From the IMG/VR virus record IMGVR_UViG_3300006046_000019, positions 1 through 25,125 of that record: DNA of 25,125 bases; one strand, written 5' to 3'. The translations under genes and the position numbers were made by a program. How positions within the stretch are numbered: the first letter of the stretch is position 1; every line of letters begins with the position of its first letter. The stretch is from a virus (lineage: Duplodnaviria; Caudoviricetes). Below the pieces are notes generated by a model. The model saw only the letters and a program-made list of their open reading frames with translations, searched no databases and had not been told where the DNA came from. Below are positions 1 to 6,703 of this stretch, in pieces.

Positions 1-269
1 AGACTATCGCCACAGCCTACATCAAACCCTGGCACTGTGAAAGTCTTTGAACTATTGTCATTAATCGTCCAATCGGACGGACTTTGCCAAGGAACTGTTG
101 CACCTTGACAGTTAGTCACAGGCGGCGGTGTCGGCGGCGGTTGCGGTAGGGGCGGGGGTGGTGGATTAGTAGTCACCGGCGTCGCTACAGCGGGTGGATC
201 ATCCGGGTGTTTACTGCAAGCGTTTAAGAACACGGTCAACAACAGCAAGGCCATTAATTTAGTTTTCAT
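1..269 (-). CDS. Proline-rich lipoprotein (partial, runs off window start)
   Basis: Read by hand: MKTKLMALLLLTVFLNAC-SKHPDDPPAVATPVTTNPPPPPLPQPPPTPPP... It has a basic N-terminus, a hydrophobic core, a lipobox-like LNA|C and a Pro-rich linker. The ATG lies just after the stop of the HNH gene. Confidence 0.75.
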   Translation of the reverse strand, partial: MKTKLMALLLLTVFLNACSKHPDDPPAVATPVTTNPPPPPLPQPPPTPPPVTNCQGATVPWQSPSDWTINDNSSKTFTVPGFDVGCGDS

Positions 270-270
270 T

Positions 271-717
271 TTATTTCCCTTCCGAAAAGTTCAGTGGCAA
301 TACTTTAAGTTTCCTAGCTTTAAGGTCATAGGCTTTAGCAGCCTTTAATTCTGAATTGAACATGCTGGCCCATAGGAGTTTTTTGTTGCGTTTAATCCTT
401 GCGCTCCAATAGCCTGTTTTTAGTTTTGCTACTCCGTAATACTTAGATGATGCCGTTTTTGTTTTATGGATGTGGCGAGTTGCGCCTGTTATGCTGGAAT
501 GTTTCCCATGAGTAAGTAACTCGAGGTTCTCAATTGCATTGTTCGATTTATCGCCGTCGATGTGATGGACATCTTCATGCTTTTTTAATCGCCGTCCTAT
601 TGCTCTTTCCATAATATAACGATGTTTTAGAATGATTCTTTTAATTCCGTTTTCCCATATTCGGCATTGAATATAGCCACCATTATTCCACTCGCCATTT
701 TTGCGTATGTTACTCAT
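271..717 (-). CDS. HNH endonuclease with C-terminal AP2 DNA-binding domain
   Basis: HNH_3-type motif HRYIME...DVHHIDGDKSNNAIENLELL...H, followed by AP2-like SSKYYGV...WSARI...FNSELKAAKAYD. Confidence 0.9.
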   Translation of the reverse strand: MSNIRKNGEWNNGGYIQCRIWENGIKRIILKHRYIMERAIGRRLKKHEDVHHIDGDKSNNAIENLELLTHGKHSSITGATRHIHKTKTASSKYYGVAKLKTGYWSARIKRNKKLLWASMFNSELKAAKAYDLKARKLKVLPLNFSEGK

Positions 718-1034
718 GCTCGTTCCGCGTTGGCGATGGCATCTTTAACAACTGACATCACATCGCCTGGAATATCTGCATATTGTTTAACTGCTTTTAA
801 TGCGTTCAGCATTTCCTCATGGCTATTTACGGCGCGTACAATGTATGTGGCGTTTTCAGGTGTCGTATTAATCTTGGCCGCGCTTCCAGTTTCACATAAT
901 AGCGTGAAGCTCTTATCCTCATTTAACCATGGGGCTAACTTCCATGGCGTCGGAGTGTGCTGGGGCTTACAATCTACGCATTGATGCTCAATTGCTGGTT
1001 CACCATCTTGAATTTTAGGTTTATTAGTTTTCAT
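714..1034 (-). CDS. Phage hypothetical protein (HTPxPW...NAxxIVRAVN type)
   Basis: Likely start is ATG 1034 with GGAGG upstream, not 1145. It has the HTPTPW and NATYIVRAVNSHEEML motifs typical of small phage early proteins, and an ATGA overlap with the HNH gene. Confidence 0.75.
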   Translation of the reverse strand: MKTNKPKIQDGEPAIEHQCVDCKPQHTPTPWKLAPWLNEDKSFTLLCETGSAAKINTTPENATYIVRAVNSHEEMLNALKAVKQYADIPGDVMSVVKDAIANAERA

Positions 1035-1035
1035 A

Positions 1036-1164
1036 TTAAGCAACCTCCTGATAGATTTCAATTTGGGGCGTTTGTCCCAAGTCCAGCAGATATTCAATCC
1101 ACGCTTGAACTGATTCGGCCGGGCAAGTGAGAGAGGCGTGAGCAAGTGAGATTCGGTAGGTCAT
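1036..1164 (-). CDS. Hypothetical protein, 42 aa (not in ORF track)
   Basis: MTYRISLAHASLTCPAESVQAWIEYLLDLGQTPQIEIYQEVA*. GAGGT SD upstream, and it fills the gap exactly. Confidence 0.65.
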   Translation of the reverse strand: MTYRISLAHASLTCPAESVQAWIEYLLDLGQTPQIEIYQEVA

Positions 1165-1389
1165 TTAGGCTACCTCTACTGTGTAAGTATTTTTGAAGTA
1201 CGTTTTATACAGCGTATTGCCTAATCCTTTATCCCCACTAGTAAGAACATAATTCCAATCTTTGATATATTCGGGATGCAATTGGCATGGACCAGATGAC
1301 CGGCAAATGATGGTTAATCCTTGAACTCTTAGTTCTTTGGCCCGTTTATCTCTATTTTTCTTATCTTGGTAGCGTTCATGGATTCTCAT
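1165..1389 (-). CDS. Hypothetical protein
   Basis: ORF track 74 aa, GGAGGT SD upstream, ends VEVA*. Confidence 0.7.
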   Translation of the reverse strand: MRIHERYQDKKNRDKRAKELRVQGLTIICRSSGPCQLHPEYIKDWNYVLTSGDKGLGNTLYKTYFKNTYTVEVA

Positions 1390-1390
1390 A

Positions 1391-1564
1391 TTAGGCGACC
1401 TCCTTAAATTTCTTATTGCGCTTCCATTGGTTGAGCATGAGCGGATCGAATCCTACCAATTCGGCCATATCGACGATTTCGTCGAGGTTCTTGAATTTCA
1501 AGCTTGCAGAGTTGGCTAAGATCCAGGCTTCGAGTTCTTCGACAGTTTTGAGGGTGATTTTCAT
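1391..1564 (-). CDS. Hypothetical protein, 57 aa (not in ORF track)
   Basis: MKITLKTVEELEAWILANSASLKFKNLDEIVDMAELVGFDPLMLNQWKRNKKFKEVA*. GAGGT SD, and it abuts both neighbours. Confidence 0.7.
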   Translation of the reverse strand: MKITLKTVEELEAWILANSASLKFKNLDEIVDMAELVGFDPLMLNQWKRNKKFKEVA

Positions 1565-1807
1565 TTAGGCAACCTCTTGATTGACAATCGTTCGATAGTG
1601 TCCACTGTTGAATGTATACAAGACGGAAAAGAAAACCCCGCCGTTCTTTTTCGCGTAATCCATCGCCCAGACTTTGGCTGCTTTAGAGGTTTGGTGATAC
1701 CAGACGAAATCATCATTCTCAATCGCTGAACGGTCGGCTCGCCACATTTGAACCATATATTTCTTTTCCATCGCTTTGGCCTCCGTCGATTTCGTTTTGC
1801 TTTCCAT
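1565..1807 (-). CDS. Hypothetical protein, first gene of the leftward operon (probably leaderless)
   Basis: ORF track 80 aa, ends QEVA*. The ATG is 5 nt downstream of a TATACT -10 box and has no SD. Confidence 0.7.
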   Translation of the reverse strand: MESKTKSTEAKAMEKKYMVQMWRADRSAIENDDFVWYHQTSKAAKVWAMDYAKKNGGVFFSVLYTFNSGHYRTIVNQEVA

Positions 1808-1812
1808 GTTTT

Positions 1813-1841
1813 AGTATATCATAATAATAATAATAACGCAA
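1813..1841 (-). promoter_or_regulatory. Leftward sigma70-type promoter with (TAT)5 microsatellite spacer
   Basis: Minus strand TTGCGT (1841-1836), a 17 nt spacer made mostly of TAT repeats, then TATACT (1818-1813). Confidence 0.65.
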
Positions 1842-1930
1842 TAGGTCTAAGGGCCCTTTTATTGTAACAAACTGTCTATATAAGGAATAAGCTGTAAAGT
1901 GATTAGGTTGATTCGTTAAATCATTGTAGT

Positions 1931-1965
1931 AGCCTATTGACAAATAGGCTGTACAGTTGCATGAT
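1931..1965 (+). promoter_or_regulatory. Rightward promoter with a palindromic operator overlapping the -35 box
   Basis: TTGACA 1937-1942, 17 nt spacer, CATGAT 1960-1965. The inverted repeat AGCCTATT-gaca-AATAGGCT (1931-1950) overlaps the -35. Confidence 0.6.
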
Positions 1966-1972
1966 AGGGTCA

Positions 1973-2057
1973 TGCTTAGAGCAAATGAACGATTTAACCT
2001 CTTACCCCAGTTCCCGGCTCTAAGCAAGCTATTACCCACAGGGAACTGGGCCTTTTT
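1973..2057 (+). ncRNA. Candidate leader RNA: terminator hairpin whose loop pairs with the 5' end (H-type pseudoknot)
   Basis: TGCTTAGAGC 1973-82 pairs with GCTCTAAGCA 2017-26. CCCAGTTCCC 2006-15 pairs with GGGAACTGGG 2041-50 and is followed by CCTTTTT. Both helices are perfect 10 bp. Confidence 0.6.
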
Positions 2058-2302
2058 ATGTCCAAGTCAAAACCAGGCGATTAGGAGCCGTCAGACAAGC
2101 CAGCTAAAGTACAGAGCATCGTAGAGAACCCTTCGAATACCATCAAAAGGTACAAGGGCGAACTGGTCAGATGCAAAACCTAATCATCGACACAAAACAC
2201 CCGAAACTCTTAATAAGAGTATTCCTTGCCCTGCGCAGCAGAAGCGCCGCAGGCCCCTTAACCTAAACTTGCAATTCAAAGGTTCCCAATGTATAAAAGA
2301 CG

Positions 2303-2506
2303 ATGAGCTACGTCTATTCCAGAGTAGGGGTTAGGGGTGGTTTTTGTATCCACAGATGGTGCTTCGTCAAAAGATTCTCCATCAAAAAGGTATGGTTCGG
2401 TATCAGACGCTGTAGATGGTGCGATAAATGGGAACGTATCAAAATCAATGTCTCAACAAAAGCTAAACCCGAAATCTTTAAAGAAGAACTTCAACAAAAA
2501 ACCTAA
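2303..2506 (+). CDS. Possible small Zn-ribbon-like protein
   Basis: CIHRW...RRCRWCDKWE pattern resembles small phage Cys/His proteins. Start uncertain. Confidence 0.35.
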   Translation: MSYVYSRVGVRGGFCIHRWCFVKRFSIKKVWFGIRRCRWCDKWERIKINVSTKAKPEIFKEELQQKT

Positions 2507-3145
2507 CAAGTATTGGTGCTTCGAATGCTGTAATTCACTTTGCATTAAAACCTCCCACCGTAGAATGCTAATAGCTAAGTTAAAAGAAACAGTTTTTTTA
2601 CGCAGTAACTTTGCAATCGCTAATCTGAATACTTCTAATAACTCTGTTACCACTAAAAATTATTCTTCTAAGTTTGTTCGTTAAGTTTGTTAATTGAATT
2701 TGTGAAATCTTATCAACTTGCTCAACTGTTATACCTTCTTGTAATCCTTATACTGCTAATTCTTAAAAATTAAGTGAACAACTGAAAATTTATCTGCAAA
2801 TTGAGCTTATCAAAATTGCTGAAAATTTCATCTTCGCTCACTGACAAACAGCTCTAAAAATTCCTCACCTCAGTTGTTTATTCAAATACTTCTCCTAAGT
2901 GTGGAAGCGACTTTCAGACGATAACACGCTGTTTTGATGGGCACTGGCAGGGCAATCCACCACCTACCACCTGCCCATCATCCCCTCGACACCATCACAC
3001 ACATCATGTATTATTATGATGATGATACCGCCTATGTTTTGGAAAGAATGCTTACCGTTTGACAGAAATTTCCCACCAAGGGTGGTGGCATGGTAATGAC
3101 AAGACCCCAGAAAAGACTGCGAATAAAATTTAAGTCGAGGTAAAA

Positions 3146-3334
3146 GTGTTGGGCAAAATAACGGTAGCTAAGATATATGGAGTAACAGTCATTGCAGATC
3201 CTACTTGTCAGATAGGAAGTTGGCGATTTGAAAGTGCAGATGCTGCAGGATTAAGCAAGACGATCAGGGATTTAGAAGAATTCTTGAGATGCAGGGGATT
3301 AAAGTTAATCAGCCTAAAAGTAGAAGATGACTGA
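3146..3334 (+). CDS. Hypothetical protein
   Basis: GAGGT SD before the GTG start, overlapping the next gene. Confidence 0.6.
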   Translation: MLGKITVAKIYGVTVIADPTCQIGSWRFESADAAGLSKTIRDLEEFLRCRGLKLISLKVEDD

Positions 3335-3569
3335 CAAGACCTTAGAGGGGATCATGTATGAATTGACGGGTCATTTAGCCAAGAGTGGTTATGAGTACAG
3401 GGCTGGGATGATGATGTCGGATGCGGAGTGGGGGATGACGATTAGGCGTATGAGGGTGACGAGGCCGGAGCATCGTCTTTATATAGACGCTTTTAAGAAG
3501 TTGACGAAAGCGGAGCGGGTGAAGATTATTGCGAAGTTATTGTTTTTGGTGGGCGTTCAAGTCAAGTGA
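3327..3569 (+). CDS. Hypothetical protein
   Basis: ORF track 80 aa, coupled to neighbours. Confidence 0.6.
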   Translation: MTDKTLEGIMYELTGHLAKSGYEYRAGMMMSDAEWGMTIRRMRVTRPEHRLYIDAFKKLTKAERVKIIAKLLFLVGVQVK

Positions 3570-3772
3570 TGATATCCCTTGGGGTAACGGCGCATTCAGA
3601 GGATTTAGAGTTTACAAAGTTAGGTTGCTTAGATTGCATGGATGAGTGCAATCATTGTTATTGCATTCAAGTGAAGATTCATCGTGGTTTAAGCGCTAAA
3701 ACGGCCTCTGACTGTGACTGGGAGATAGAGGACAGATGCTGCAAGTGTGGAGCCAGTTTGCAGGGGGATTGA
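3566..3772 (+). CDS. Small Cys-rich hypothetical protein
   Basis: CLDC, CNHCYC and CCKCG motifs, with a GTGA overlap. Confidence 0.55.
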   Translation: MMISLGVTAHSEDLEFTKLGCLDCMDECNHCYCIQVKIHRGLSAKTASDCDWEIEDRCCKCGASLQGD

Positions 3773-3776
3773 GGGT

Positions 3777-3860
3777 ATGATGACACAAGATCATTTAGCG
3801 ATGATTCTATCGTTTATTGCTATTGGGATTAACCTTTATATTTTAACTATTAGGAGGTGA
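3777..3860 (+). CDS. Micro transmembrane peptide, 27 aa
   Basis: MMTQDHLAMILSFIAIGINLYILTIRR*. Its end supplies AGGAGG for the next gene. Confidence 0.45.
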   Translation: MMTQDHLAMILSFIAIGINLYILTIRR

Positions 3861-3866
3861 TTGATC

Positions 3867-4130
3867 ATGAAATGCAGTGAGATTGAGGCGCGCATGATTG
3901 AAGAATTGTCCTACAAGCATTACGAGGATTGGTTGGCCTTTGAAAACGAGGAAAGCAGTCCTGAAAAATGGTTATACGGGTCCTTTGGGACTGTCCGTGG
4001 ATTAATGCGCATTCCTCACAATAACGGGCATCCTGAAGTGACCCAGAAACTTCTTGGCATTTTAGAACAAGACCTTCAGGAGTTCAAAGAATCTTTAAAG
4101 GAACCCAAAGATGAAATGCAAAGAGACTGA
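3867..4130 (+). CDS. Hypothetical protein
   Basis: AGGAGGT SD, then MKCSEIEARMIEELSY... Confidence 0.65.
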   Translation: MKCSEIEARMIEELSYKHYEDWLAFENEESSPEKWLYGSFGTVRGLMRIPHNNGHPEVTQKLLGILEQDLQEFKESLKEPKDEMQRD

Positions 4131-4269
4131 AGACCACAAAAAGTTGCATCAAGCTTTAGATCAATTGGTGGCTTGTTTTCTAATGAAGACGGGCAAGCTA
4201 CCTTCACGGACGACGGTGATGGAACTGTTGCAGTGGTCGTATCAGCAAATAGAACGGGGTCCAGATTGA
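4111..4269 (+). CDS. Hypothetical protein, 52 aa (not in ORF track)
   Basis: MKCKETEDHKKLHQALDQLVACFLMKTGKLPSRTTVMELLQWSYQQIERGPD*, a protein-like helical sequence. Confidence 0.6.
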   Translation: MKCKETEDHKKLHQALDQLVACFLMKTGKLPSRTTVMELLQWSYQQIERGPD

Positions 4270-4280
4270 GAAGATGCTAA

Positions 4281-4433
4281 ATGGGCTATCTTGAGATTTG
4301 GGTTATCGTACTTTCCGTCGCTATTTTGTTATGTTTCGGGTGGTGGTTAAGGGTTCGTAAGAGGTTCTTTGATAAGTGTGATCAATATACGAAGCTCACA
4401 GGGAAGAAACATCATTTGGACTTCAGGCAATGA
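4281..4433 (+). CDS. Small single-pass membrane protein, 50 aa
   Basis: MGYLEIWVIVLSVAILLCFGWWLRVRKR..., with an ATGA overlap with the next gene. Confidence 0.55.
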   Translation: MGYLEIWVIVLSVAILLCFGWWLRVRKRFFDKCDQYTKLTGKKHHLDFRQ

Positions 4434-4615
4434 AACGGGGAGAGAAAATTATTGTATGTGCTACCTGTTTTAGAGCTTCTTGCTGGAATGGAATATTTTA
4501 TTGTGATGACTACCAAAATGCTGGAATAGTATGGCGTACGAAAGCTCAATTACTGAGAATGAAAAAAGAACACCCATCATATTTGGAAGAAGTTTATCCA
4601 CATTGGAGAGACTGA
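4430..4615 (+). CDS. Small Cys-rich phage protein
   Basis: VCATCFRASCWNGIFYCDDY...EHPSY. Confidence 0.65.
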   Translation: MKRGEKIIVCATCFRASCWNGIFYCDDYQNAGIVWRTKAQLLRMKKEHPSYLEEVYPHWRD

Positions 4616-4616
4616 A

Positions 4617-4796
4617 ATGAATCCACCTCGCTGCGAATGCCACGACTGCACACAACAACGGGCCCGCGAAATGGCGGGGATGTCCCGATGTCCATTTTGT
4701 AATTCATGGTATCAGGGTACGCACTGGTTTCACCTTTGTAACGCGTTGGGCCAGTGCGAAGATATCCTTAAATCCGACCCCCTGAGCGGTGGATGA
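4617..4796 (+). CDS. Small Cys-rich protein, 59 aa
   Basis: MNPPRCECHDC...RCPFCNSW...HLC, with GGAG upstream. Confidence 0.5.
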   Translation: MNPPRCECHDCTQQRAREMAGMSRCPFCNSWYQGTHWFHLCNALGQCEDILKSDPLSGG

Positions 4797-4939
4797 TGGA
4801 ATCGGATTGTCCTTACGAATGCCGTCTCTGGAAGCACGAAAAATGTCCCTGCTCCTGCGGATGTCTGCGGAATCAAGGCTGGCACATTATCAATGAAACG
4901 CCACGCTTTGGCGTGTGTCATGATTCTGAAGGATACTGA
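4793..4939 (+). CDS. Small Cys-rich protein, 48 aa
   Basis: MMESDCPYECRLWKHEKCPCSCGC...VCHD, with an ATGA overlap. Confidence 0.45.
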   Translation: MMESDCPYECRLWKHEKCPCSCGCLRNQGWHIINETPRFGVCHDSEGY

Positions 4940-4954
4940 AATGAACCCCCTGAA

Positions 4955-5125
4955 ATGACTAAACAAGAATTGAATGAAGCCGTACAAGATGTTTGGAAAA
5001 CTAAATTAACGCATAGAGGTATTTCATCGGCCCTTAAAAGCGCTCAAGCTTGTTGTGGTGTTGGGTGTGAACAATGCGTATGGGAATTAACATGGATTAT
5101 TCGACAGCTAATCAAAAAGAAATAA
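4955..5125 (+). CDS. 56-aa protein with CCGxGCxxCVW motif
   Basis: MTKQELNEAVQDVWKTKLTHRGISSALKSAQACCGVGCEQCVWELTWIIRQLIKKK*. Confidence 0.55.
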   Translation: MTKQELNEAVQDVWKTKLTHRGISSALKSAQACCGVGCEQCVWELTWIIRQLIKKK

Positions 5126-5254
5126 ACGAAGCTGTAGCGCGGAAGTTGGGGTAGTATAAAACGGATTTAGGATGGGAACATCAGAAAGATTTGAATACTC
5201 TAGCGCAGGACCCTGGCCTTGCCGAAGATGTGACGGGATAGGAACAATTAACGA

Positions 5255-5458
5255 ATGAAATCTTCCTTATTGCAAGAGCGTATTAGCCATGAAGAAGAAA
5301 ACATTCACGCCCTCAGAGAAACGCTTAATGAGTTGTTGTGGAGGATTGACCCCACACTCAAACGAAACGATAACTATATTTTCAACAACCTCAAAAGGGC
5401 CCTCAAGTATATGAAGTATGCGTCTAGGTCCTTGCAACGAAGTGTGGAGGAAGAATGA
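5255..5458 (+). CDS. Hypothetical coiled-coil protein
   Basis: ORF track 67 aa. Confidence 0.55.
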   Translation: MKSSLLQERISHEEENIHALRETLNELLWRIDPTLKRNDNYIFNNLKRALKYMKYASRSLQRSVEEE

Positions 5459-5464
5459 CCGATA

Positions 5465-5815
5465 ATGGATCTCAGTCAATTTAGCCCCAAAGTCCTTCAA
5501 GCTTCTCTAAGATCAGCCCATATGATTTGGATCAAGATACTAGGAATAAATACCGGTGAGCCCACGTCATTTGACGGCAAATGGTTAAAGTCATACGATC
5601 CTAGCAGTGAAGGTGTATCTCACGATGGCAGGCGTATGATTGCTCATATTGAAGTAACGGACGATCTTTTGGAAGCGATCCGATTTGAAGATTTCAAAGC
5701 GGCCATAGCGTATAGCCGCAGAAGCGACGGTATAAGGGCAGACGGCAAACCCAATCGTCCCTTGACAGCGTTCGATCTTGAGTATATCAATTATGAAGAG
5801 GTCGTACAGAAATGA
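5465..5815 (+). CDS. Phage hypothetical protein
   Basis: WLKSYDP...EAIRF...RADGKPNRPLTAF. The true start may be the internal MIWIK. Confidence 0.65.
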   Translation: MDLSQFSPKVLQASLRSAHMIWIKILGINTGEPTSFDGKWLKSYDPSSEGVSHDGRRMIAHIEVTDDLLEAIRFEDFKAAIAYSRRSDGIRADGKPNRPLTAFDLEYINYEEVVQK

Positions 5816-5843
5816 GTGATCCTATAGATTTGTCGTTGCTTTG

Positions 5844-5927
5844 ATGACAGAACATGCCTTGTTCTTTATCGTTTTTGGGGCGGCTTTTGTTGTATTTGCG
5901 TTAGTCATGTATTATTTTTTGGAATGA
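5844..5927 (+). CDS. Micro transmembrane peptide, 27 aa
   Basis: MTEHALFFIVFGAAFVVFALVMYYFLE*. Confidence 0.4.
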   Translation: MTEHALFFIVFGAAFVVFALVMYYFLE

Positions 5928-5951
5928 AAAAGAAGAAGAGGGAGGCGTTCA

Positions 5952-6134
5952 ATGCAAGAGACTGTTTTGGAAGTGTATTGCAAGCATGATTGGCAACCGC
6001 AATATATTGAGGGCAAAGAGTCTGAAAGTCCTGAATTCATGCTGTGTGGTATCTGCAATCACAAGTGGCTTCCAGAGGAAGATGAGCCAGTCGTTGTCAT
6101 TGGTACGGTCAAAGAGGTGATTCGTGAACGTTGA
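5952..6134 (+). CDS. Small Zn-ribbon-like protein
   Basis: GGGAGG SD, with CKHDW...LCGICNHKW. Confidence 0.65.
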   Translation: MQETVLEVYCKHDWQPQYIEGKESESPEFMLCGICNHKWLPEEDEPVVVIGTVKEVIRER

Positions 6135-6315
6135 AATAAACGATTTTTGTAAAGATGAAAGACATTACTTTGCCGTGAATAACGTGGATCGGTATCGATT
6201 GCCCAAGTTTTGTTTGTGCGGAAAAATGGAAAGTCCTTTGAAACTACGGTTAGCGGCTTATTTATCACAGAGCGTAAACGGATTGCCAGTGTCCCAGGAG
6301 GGACCAACACAATGA
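6124..6315 (+). CDS. Hypothetical protein
   Basis: GAGGT SD, C..H...CLCG motif, and an ATGA overlap with the next gene. Confidence 0.5.
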   Translation: MNVEINDFCKDERHYFAVNNVDRYRLPKFCLCGKMESPLKLRLAAYLSQSVNGLPVSQEGPTQ

Positions 6316-6560
6316 ACTTAGATGAGGTTTTAGCCAGTTTGGAAAGCTTAAAAGACAATTTGAATGACGGCGGTAAACGCACAATCGACGGCTTAAAAGC
6401 GGCCATTCGGACCTTATTTGATGATCGGAAGGGCACGAAAATGCCTCTGGAGAGAAGTTCGCCTGAAACAGGGCCAGCAAAGGAAACGCTTGCTGAAGAA
6501 AAAGAAGATTTTAAACCATTCACTACGACCAAGAAGAAACATCCTTATCGTCGCACCTAG
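6312..6560 (+). CDS. Hypothetical protein
   Basis: Start ATG 6312 after AGGAGG, then MNLDEVLASLESLKDN... Confidence 0.65.
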   Translation: MNLDEVLASLESLKDNLNDGGKRTIDGLKAAIRTLFDDRKGTKMPLERSSPETGPAKETLAEEKEDFKPFTTTKKKHPYRRT

Positions 6561-6575
6561 AAACGTCCATGCACG

Positions 6576-6692
6576 ATGAAAGTTTTCCAATGGTTATGCA
6601 ATTGGTGGAAGGTTCATTTTGGGTATAAAAATATACCGGAACCCTTTAATTCATTGGCTTACAAAATCCGTAAAGACAAAGAGAAGAAATGA
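6576..6692 (+). CDS. Micro-ORF, 38 aa
   Basis: MKVFQWLCNWWKVHFGYKNIPEPFNSLAYKIRKDKEKK*. Confidence 0.4.
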   Translation: MKVFQWLCNWWKVHFGYKNIPEPFNSLAYKIRKDKEKK

Positions 6693-6703
6693 CTGGAGGA
6701 TCC

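Larger units (their letters stand above)
1031..1577 (-). repeat. Four dispersed copies of a gene-junction motif RGAGGTNGCYTAA(T)ATGA
   Basis: + strand copies: 1031-1048 tcatattaagcaacctcc, 1161-1177 tcatttaggctacctct, 1386-1403 tcatattaggcgacctcc, 1561-1577 tcatttaggcaacctct. Confidence 0.85.

Noticed and set aside
1031-1577. Junction repeats as a CRISPR array or integron attC sites
   Set aside because: The repeats are short, degenerate and irregularly spaced (130-225 nt), the spacers are intact ORFs, and there is no attC-like palindrome.
1719-2039. 106-aa minus-strand ORF containing YYYYY
   Set aside because: It crosses both promoters, and the Tyr run is just the TAT microsatellite.
2337-2684. 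115-aa ORF in the AT-rich tract
   Set aside because: It has no clear SD, low-complexity composition and overlaps the 2303 ORF. It is not excluded, but not supportable.
3059-3097. TTGACA as a promoter -35
   Set aside because: There is no acceptable -10 box 16-18 nt downstream.
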